From positions 14,297-28,620 of the forward strand of contig CBFIJD010000017.1 of the NCBI GenBank assembly GCA_965662845.1: a stretch of 14,324 nt of DNA, given 5' to 3'. Numbering within the stretch: position 1 is the stretch's first letter; each line of letters begins with the position of its first letter. The translations under genes were made by a program, and so were the position numbers. Origin of the DNA: an uncultured bacterium (lineage in GTDB: Bacteria > SAR324 > NAC60-12). This document shows, piece by piece, positions 8,666-14,324 of this stretch. The notes below the pieces were generated by a model, which worked only from the letters and a program-made list of their open reading frames with translations, was not told where the DNA came from and searched no databases.

Positions 8666-9493
8666 ATGGAACAGGGAACCCTAATTGGAACCATCCTCGC
8701 GTGGGTGCTGCTGCTCCTTGCGATGACCTTCGACTTCAACGCGTTTGCGCTCGATTTGGGCAAACTCGCCTACTTCGTCGACATCCCGTCTCTGCTCATC
8801 GTATTCGGGGGAACGATCGCTTCGACGTTTATCGCACACCCAATGGACGAGGCCAAAGGGTTCGGCAAGTACATCGGCAAGACTTGGAAACCCAACAACG
8901 TTCAGCTGGTAGAGACTCTGACCTTGATCGTGGACGTCGCGAAGATCGCGCGCAAGAACATCCTCGCGATTGAAGATGCCCTGCCTAGCATTGAAAACAC
9001 CTACCTGCGCGGCGGGCTGCGCTTGGTGGTTGACCGTGTAGACCGCGAAGCGATCGTGGAGATGATGTCCCACGAGATGAAATTCACCATGTCTGGCAAA
9101 GACTCAGAGTCTGCCGTAATTGCTACCATGGGCTCTCTCTGTCCTGCTTGGGGAATGCTGGGAACGCTCGTTGGGCTCGTGCTACTTCTCCAAAACCTCG
9201 ACGATCCATCGGCGATTGGGCCTGCGATGGCCGTTGCTCTCATCACCACGTTCTATGGATCGCTCTTTGCGAACGTGATCTTCAACCCAGCGAAGAACAA
9301 GTCCGACATTTACAATGCGGAATACAAGACGCTGATGGAGATGATCAAGGACGGCGTACTCTACATCGAACGCGGCGAGCGCCCCGACTTCATCGAGTCT
9401 GATTTGATGAACTACCTGCCGCCCGATAAGAAAGCGATGTATGAGGCCCTGAAGTTTGAGAACCAAGGGAGCGGTGGCGGCGGCGAAGGCTGA
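8666..9493 (+). CDS. motA: Flagellar stator A subunit (PomA/MotA family)
   Basis: AGGAG RBS after the nadE stop. Motifs are DIPSLLIVFGGT, the rotor-contact segment ARKNILAIED, YLRGGLRLVVD, and TM3/4 PAWGMLGTLVGLV...DDPSAIGPAMAVALITTFYG, which closely matches PomA. Confidence 0.93.
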   Translation: MEQGTLIGTILAWVLLLLAMTFDFNAFALDLGKLAYFVDIPSLLIVFGGTIASTFIAHPMDEAKGFGKYIGKTWKPNNVQLVETLTLIVDVAKIARKNILAIEDALPSIENTYLRGGLRLVVDRVDREAIVEMMSHEMKFTMSGKDSESAVIATMGSLCPAWGMLGTLVGLVLLLQNLDDPSAIGPAMAVALITTFYGSLFANVIFNPAKNKSDIYNAEYKTLMEMIKDGVLYIERGERPDFIESDLMNYLPPDKKAMYEALKFENQGSGGGGEG

Positions 9494-9541
9494 CGCCATC
9501 TAACGCCACCCAACGCCTCGCCCACAATAGAGTGACACCGC

Positions 9542-10198
9542 ATGGGACAAATCATTGACTCGGACGATTGTCCAGTCTGCGAAGAATTTAAGGATGGCTG
9601 GATTTTTACCTACGGTGACCTAGTCACGCTGCTGCTGTGCTTCTTCATTCTGCTCTTCTCAATGTGCCGAATTGACGATCACAAGCTCAAGCAGATCTCC
9701 GACAGCTTCCGCGCTCTGCCGCCGGGGAGCCCGTTTCTGTTCAGCGGGCGCTCATCAAAGATGGAGTTCGCCGCTCAAGAGCTAGAACAGATGGACATGC
9801 CCGACAGCGTGGACGTGAGCGCAGGCAAAGAGGGCGTCGAGGTGACCTTCAGCCGCAACGTGGCCTTTGAACGCGGCTCTACCGAGCTCACACAAGAAGC
9901 CAAAGACGCGATTGAATTGATGCTGCCCACCATCGGTTCCCTGCCGAACGATATCCAAATCTCAGGGCACACCGACCCGACCGACACCAACGAACGCTTC
10001 CCCTCTAACTGGGAAATGTCTATCGTCCGCGCCAGCGTGCTCGCCGAACACTTAGAGTCCAAGGGCATCCCATCCCGACGCATTCAGGTCGCAGGCTTCG
10101 GGGACTCTCGCCCCCGCTTCTTTGGCGACACCTCCTACAAACGCTCACTGAACCGGCGCGTAGAGATCCTGCTGCTGCCGGAAGACCAAGAACGCTGA
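9542..10198 (+). CDS. motB: Flagellar stator B subunit (PomB/MotB family), copy 1
   Basis: TM motif WIFTYGDLVTLLLCFFILLFSM carries the essential Asp. The OmpA-like PG-binding domain has ISGHTD, NWEMSIVRA, GFGDSRP and NRRVEI. Confidence 0.92.
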   Translation: MGQIIDSDDCPVCEEFKDGWIFTYGDLVTLLLCFFILLFSMCRIDDHKLKQISDSFRALPPGSPFLFSGRSSKMEFAAQELEQMDMPDSVDVSAGKEGVEVTFSRNVAFERGSTELTQEAKDAIELMLPTIGSLPNDIQISGHTDPTDTNERFPSNWEMSIVRASVLAEHLESKGIPSRRIQVAGFGDSRPRFFGDTSYKRSLNRRVEILLLPEDQER

Positions 10199-10352
10199 GC
10201 CCTGTTCAACTTCAACTGGATCACGCATGGGAATTCCAATTGATGAAGAAGATTGTCCGTTTTGCGAAGAATTTAAAGACGGCTGGATTTTTACCTATGG
10301 CGATCTGGTCACGCTGCTGCTGTGCTTCTTCATCTTGCTCTTCTCTATGTGC
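9578..10352 (+). repeat. Diverged direct repeat: 90-bp blocks at 9578-9667 and 10263-10352 encoding 30 identical residues in the two motB paralogues
   Basis: Manual codon alignment of CEEFKDGWIFTYGDLVTLLLCFFILLFSMC shows 9 nucleotide differences, all synonymous. Confidence 0.9.
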
Positions 10353-10874
10353 AAGTATGAGCTCGCAAAGTTCAAAAGCGTCGCCGAAAGCTTCAAGCCC
10401 TTGCCTGCAGGCACGCCCTTCATGGAAGAGGGCAACGACTCCGTCGTAGAGCAGATTTCAAAAAACGTCGAAAATACGGAATTGGGAGACTCTGCCACGG
10501 TGACCACAGAAGAGCGCGGCGTCGTGGTCTCTTTCAGCGCCCAAGCCTTCTTTGCGCCAGAGTCCAGCAGTCTGAGCGCAGAGGCGATCAAAGAGCTAGA
10601 GCGCTTCTCGCAGCTGATCTTTTTGCTGCCCAACCGCATCCAAGTTGAAGGACACACCGACAACCAGCCTCTGCAAGAGTGGGGGTCTACGTGGGAGCTC
10701 TCCGGCGCCCGCGCAGCGCGTGTCGCTCGCTACTTCATCGAGAACGGGATGGAAGCCGACAAGATTACCGTCAAAGCCTTCGGCGAGACGCGGCCTCGCT
10801 TTCGCAATGACTCCGAGATTCAGCGGGTGCGCAACAATCGGGTTGAAGTCATCATCGTCCCCCCCGAAGAGTGA
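10227..10874 (+). CDS. motB: Flagellar stator B subunit (PomB/MotB family), copy 2
   Basis: Same TM motif WIFTYGDLVTLLLCFFILLFSM. The OmpA-like domain has VEGHTD, TWELSGARA, AFGETRP and NNRVEV. Confidence 0.92.
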   Translation: MGIPIDEEDCPFCEEFKDGWIFTYGDLVTLLLCFFILLFSMCKYELAKFKSVAESFKPLPAGTPFMEEGNDSVVEQISKNVENTELGDSATVTTEERGVVVSFSAQAFFAPESSSLSAEAIKELERFSQLIFLLPNRIQVEGHTDNQPLQEWGSTWELSGARAARVARYFIENGMEADKITVKAFGETRPRFRNDSEIQRVRNNRVEVIIVPPEE

Positions 10875-10987
10875 ATCGCCAGATTCGTCCTCTCCCACAA
10901 TTTCCCATTCGCATCTGCTGCAGAGTCTGTTAGGCTCTTGCGCCTTTCGACTCTTTGCCGATCAACTCCTCTCCTTCAATCAACTCC

Positions 10988-12394
10988 ATGGAATTGACCG
11001 CCGAACAGCGGGACGTTGTCCATTTCCCTCTGCGTCATGGGGAGATCCTCCGTGTGATTGCCTTCGCGGGAACTGGTAAGACGACGACCCTGTATCACTT
11101 TGCGCAGGTGCGCCCCCAGCAGCGGATTTTGTATGTCGCTTTCAACAAGTCCGTACAGCAAGAAGCCGAGCGACGTTTCCCATCGCATGTGCATTGTCGA
11201 ACGGTCCATTCGCTGGCTTGGCGCGCCGAAGGCAACCGCTTCCGCCACAAGCTCGCCCCGCAAATCCGCGCCAACCAAGTCATGCAGTGGTTAGATCTGG
11301 CCCAGCATGAAGTCGCGCGTTTTGTGATTGAGACGCTCCACAATTTTATGGTTTCGGGAGACCCGCGCATTGTGAATGAGCACATTCCCTTACAGGCGCG
11401 GAGCCTGTTCCCTCCCAATGCCATGCCCGACTTTGTGCAGCTCGCCAAGCAACTGTGGGTGTGGATGAGCGATCCCCAACGAGAAGATGTCCCGATGCTC
11501 CACGACGGGTATCTGAAGCTGTTTCAGCTCTCAAACCCTCGGCTGCCTTATCACATCATCTTGCTCGACGAAGCCCAAGACACGAACCCTGTGACGGCGC
11601 AGCTCCTGCTGCAACAGCCTTGTGCGAAAGTGATGGTCGGCGATCCGCACCAAGCGATTTATCAGTTCCGTGGCGCCAAAGACATGCTGTCGCAGATTCC
11701 GGTCCATGCGACGCGCTATCTGACGCAGTCCTTTCGCTTTGGGCCCACGATTGCCGACACTGCGACCCGCGTGTTGCAGCAGTTCAAAGCCGAGCGCAAT
11801 GCCATCCGTGGCGCTGAAAAACGGGATCGGCTAGGGCGCGTGCTGGATGGGCCGTTCGCGTATGTTGCCCGCACGAACGCAGCGCTCTTTGAGCAAGCGA
11901 CAAACTATTTGGGCAAGCGCAAATTAGGATTTGTCGGGGGGGTGCAAGGCTATCAACTGCCGCTGATTACGGAGACGTGGCATCTGTACAATCAACGCAA
12001 AGACAAAATCCGTGATGCCTATCTCAGACACTTTGCCTCCTTTGAGACCATGAAAGAGTATGCCACCAACGTAGAAGACTGGGAACTGTTAGGGCGCTGT
12101 CGTCTCGTGGAGAAGCATCAGTCCGCCATTCCGGACTTGGTCAACGATTTGTTGCGTGAAGCGGTGCCGCTGGAAGAGTCTGACATTCAGTTGACGACGG
12201 TACACAAAGCGAAAGGCCTAGAGTTTGAGCGGGTCTGTCTGGCAGATGACTTCCCCACCTTGGTGCGGGAGGGGCGCCCTGTGAAGCGCGAGGAGATGGC
12301 GTTAGAAGAAGTGAACATGGTTTATGTGGCCGCGACTCGTGCTGCCGAGCGCCTACAACCCAACCTCAAGTTGCAGGAGTTCTTAGATTTGTAA
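10988..12394 (+). CDS. Superfamily 1 UvrD-like DNA helicase (compact, FBH1-like)
   Basis: The likely start is ATG 10988 (MELTAEQ, Q motif). SF1 motifs are AFAGTGKTTTL, YVAFNK, TVHSLA, LLDEAQD, VGDPHQAIYQFRGA, LTQSFRFG, ARTNA, TVHKAKGLEF and YVAATRA. Confidence 0.92.
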   Translation: MELTAEQRDVVHFPLRHGEILRVIAFAGTGKTTTLYHFAQVRPQQRILYVAFNKSVQQEAERRFPSHVHCRTVHSLAWRAEGNRFRHKLAPQIRANQVMQWLDLAQHEVARFVIETLHNFMVSGDPRIVNEHIPLQARSLFPPNAMPDFVQLAKQLWVWMSDPQREDVPMLHDGYLKLFQLSNPRLPYHIILLDEAQDTNPVTAQLLLQQPCAKVMVGDPHQAIYQFRGAKDMLSQIPVHATRYLTQSFRFGPTIADTATRVLQQFKAERNAIRGAEKRDRLGRVLDGPFAYVARTNAALFEQATNYLGKRKLGFVGGVQGYQLPLITETWHLYNQRKDKIRDAYLRHFASFETMKEYATNVEDWELLGRCRLVEKHQSAIPDLVNDLLREAVPLEESDIQLTTVHKAKGLEFERVCLADDFPTLVREGRPVKREEMALEEVNMVYVAATRAAERLQPNLKLQEFLDL

Positions 12395-12511
12395 AGGCGG
12401 TCTTCTGTGGAGTCAGACGCGAGCCCTCTCCCGTCCAGATTGACAACCACCGCATTCCTGCAAAACTATTGCACTGGTGTCCATTTCACGTATATTCCCA
12501 CCCTTTTTCGC

Positions 12512-12676
12512 ATGGTATCCGAAATGCAGTGGATCGCTCCTCAATCTCGCTTCCTGCTTAAGACTCTCTTCAAACGCAACTATGACCACCTTAGCGCCGA
12601 CGCCCAGAAAGCAATCAACTGGTCTGTGCTCGGAGTGGATGTGGTCGCGCTCTATGCGCTCCTCACGTTTTTGTAG
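12512..12676 (+). CDS. Possible small membrane protein (about 54 aa, C-terminal hydrophobic helix)
   Basis: In-frame ATG 12512 within the track ORF 12407..12676. The C-terminus WSVLGVDVVALYALLTFL is hydrophobic. It fills the gap between the helicase and the next gene, overlapping the latter by 23 nt. No recognisable family. Confidence 0.45.
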   Translation: MVSEMQWIAPQSRFLLKTLFKRNYDHLSADAQKAINWSVLGVDVVALYALLTFL

Positions 12677-14324
12677 CGCCCTCCTTGGGCTCACTCTGCT
12701 CCTGCTCCTCGGAATGAGCCCACCTGTCCACGCGCAAAGCCTTCTCAGTGAGCCGCGCTGGTCGGAGTTCCCTTGGGAAAAACTCTCCACTTCAGCCGCC
12801 GAACCGTCCCCCCCATCAGCCCCGGAATCCGTCGCGGCTAATGAGAGCCCCGATCCCGCGGCCATCGCCGTCGCGCTCCCCACCCCATACCGCTATCAGG
12901 GCAGTCGCCCCTCCATTGACAGCTGGTTGCCCGCTGCTCCCGAACAAGCCGCGAGGGCCTTTGCGCGCCTGCGCACCATGATGTCGGTCGAGGAACAGCT
13001 CTACTACCGCTTGCGCCTCCAAGCCTTGGAAGGGGATTCTGCCAACGTGCGCGGGCTGGCAGAGTCGTTCCTGCGACAATTTCCTTACAGTCGTTTTTTC
13101 CCGCAAGTGTTGCTGCTCGTTACAGAGTTTGCTGCGCCAGAGCCCGCTTTTTACGAAACGTGGGAGAGCCCGCTGCTGCGCTCCAGCACCCGCCCGCAAC
13201 GGCTCCATTACTGGGGCCTGCGCAGCCAACAAGCAGAAGAGCAAGAGCTGTGGCTCTCGGCCCTCCGCTATCGCTTAGAACAGCTCCGCGAATTAGACAC
13301 TGAGAGCGCCGCCTTGCTCCTGCCAAAGCTCCGAGCCTTGATCGCGAGCCTCTCCGATCCGGCGGCTTTGGAGCGGTTGCTCGCGCAGTTTCCTGACGTC
13401 GCGTTTGTGCAAGAACGCGCACAGCGTCAGCAGCTCATCACCTTGATGGCCGAGCGCCGCTACGAAGAAGTCCAGCCCCTGCTGGCGACGCTGCTCACGA
13501 ACGCGCGCAGTCAAAACGACGCGCTGGCGCTGCAAGAGTTGCAAGCCCTGCAGCGGCGCCTTGACCGCCAGCTCAATATTGAGCCCTATCGTATTGGGGT
13601 GTTGCTGCCCATGACCTCCCGGATTCCAACGGTCGCGCGCCTTAGCCAACAGACCATCGAGGGACTTCGTGTTGCGATCCGTGTCGCGCCCCCTCTCCCT
13701 GAGCAGCTCACGGATGCCTCTCCTCTGCGAACCGCCTCTCCCACAGTGGCACATACTCTCTCTGACAATCGCAGTCTGCCGCTCACAGACGCAGCAGATC
13801 TCCCATCTGAGAACGCCACCACCGCGACCAGCATCGCGCTCGACAACGCGTCCGCTCAGCGCCAGCTCCCTGACAACACGACCGCCACCACGCCAACGCC
13901 GCCCACAGCACCGCGCGTCGATCCTTTCCGCCGACCTCGCTGGGAGCTGGTTTTCCGCGACACAGAGCTCAGCCCAGAGAAGACACGCCAAGCCTTCCGT
14001 GAGCTGGTAGAAGAGGAAAACGTCATCGCGGTGATGGGTCCACTCGCGCGGCGCACCTCCGAAGCCGCAGCCGAAGAAGCCGAAGCCGCTCAAGTGCCCA
14101 TGATCTCCTTCTCGCTCACCACGAGTGTTCCTGACCTCGGCTCTTTTGTGTTCCGCAATAATCTGAGCTGGGAGCAAGAGATCGTCGCCGTGCTCGACTA
14201 CGCCACCCAATATTTGGCGGCGCGGCGCTTTGTGGTGCTCTATCCCGACAGCCGCGAAGGCAGAGAAAAAGTGCGGGTGTTTTGGGAGATGGCGCGAGAG
14301 AAAGGTCTGCAAGTGCAAAACATC
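12654..14324 (+). CDS. LpoA/LppC-like penicillin-binding protein activator (helical/TPR-like N-domain plus type 1 periplasmic-binding-protein fold); 3' end beyond window
   Basis: Manually translated open frame from ATG 12654 to the window edge (557 codons, no stop, absent from the track). Signal peptide MRSSRFCSALLGLTLLLLLGMSPPVHA|Q is followed by helical segments (AESFLRQFPYSRF, ALERLLAQFPD). The PBP1-fold motifs are RIGVLLPMT, ELVFRDT, FRELVEEENVIAVMGPL, QVPMISFS, FVFRNNLSWEQEIVAVLDYA and RFVVLYPDSREG. Confidence 0.8.
   Translation, partial: MRSSRFCSALLGLTLLLLLGMSPPVHAQSLLSEPRWSEFPWEKLSTSAAEPSPPSAPESVAANESPDPAAIAVALPTPYRYQGSRPSIDSWLPAAPEQAARAFARLRTMMSVEEQLYYRLRLQALEGDSANVRGLAESFLRQFPYSRFFPQVLLLVTEFAAPEPAFYETWESPLLRSSTRPQRLHYWGLRSQQAEEQELWLSALRYRLEQLRELDTESAALLLPKLRALIASLSDPAALERLLAQFPDVAFVQERAQRQQLITLMAERRYEEVQPLLATLLTNARSQNDALALQELQALQRRLDRQLNIEPYRIGVLLPMTSRIPTVARLSQQTIEGLRVAIRVAPPLPEQLTDASPLRTASPTVAHTLSDNRSLPLTDAADLPSENATTATSIALDNASAQRQLPDNTTATTPTPPTAPRVDPFRRPRWELVFRDTELSPEKTRQAFRELVEEENVIAVMGPLARRTSEAAAEEAEAAQVPMISFSLTTSVPDLGSFVFRNNLSWEQEIVAVLDYATQYLAARRFVVLYPDSREGREKVRVFWEMAREKGLQVQNI

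Noticed and set aside
9578..10352. Recent gene conversion or assembly duplication as the cause of the identical MotB N-termini
   Set aside because: Nine synonymous differences in 90 bp and strongly diverged downstream sequence indicate an old duplication under protein-level selection.
8666..12394. Zorya-like anti-phage system (MotA/MotB-like pair plus helicase)
   Set aside because: The A subunit is a normal-length PomA-like protein with the rotor-contact ARK...E segment and no long ZorA cytoplasmic tail. The helicase is SF1 rather than SNF2-type ZorD, and no ZorC/ZorE-like gene is present.
13293..14318. 341-aa minus-strand ORF in the track
   Set aside because: It is the antisense shadow of the plus-strand LpoA-like frame (12654 to the edge), which has clear family motifs.
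1..14324. CRISPR array, IS/integrase, tRNA or rRNA
   Set aside because: No regularly spaced repeats, transposase or integrase motifs, or recognisable structural RNA were seen by eye, and almost all of the sequence is accounted for by CDSs.

Overview
This is a gene-dense bacterial chromosomal window (SAR324/deltaproteobacterial affinity is only an impression). No mobile element, CRISPR array, rRNA or tRNA is visible. On the minus strand, a GT4 glycosyltransferase is translationally coupled to a secreted, Cys-rich, LolA-like protein that runs off the left edge and is missing from the ORF track. Divergently, the plus strand carries a long co-directional run: a frameshifted folB, a membrane HAMP-GAF class III nucleotide cyclase, a soluble chemoreceptor with a C-terminal CZB zinc-binding domain, a DUF952 protein, glutamine-dependent NadE, one PomA/MotA, two tandem PomB/MotB paralogues, a compact SF1 (UvrD/FBH1-like) helicase, a possible small membrane protein and an LpoA/LppC-like protein that runs off the right edge (also missing from the track). 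The best candidate for new biology is the one-A/two-B stator locus. Both B subunits carry an acidic cytoplasmic CxxC motif and a 30-residue identical TM block that differs only at synonymous sites, while their periplasmic domains have diverged. This suggests a heterodimeric or switchable, possibly metal/redox-regulated, Na+-type stator encoded next to a Zn/Cys-sensing chemoreceptor. Other points of interest are the CZB-receptor/DUF952/NadE linkage, the folB frameshift, and a cluster of (D/E)N-x-(S/T) sequons in a disordered insertion of the LpoA-like protein.
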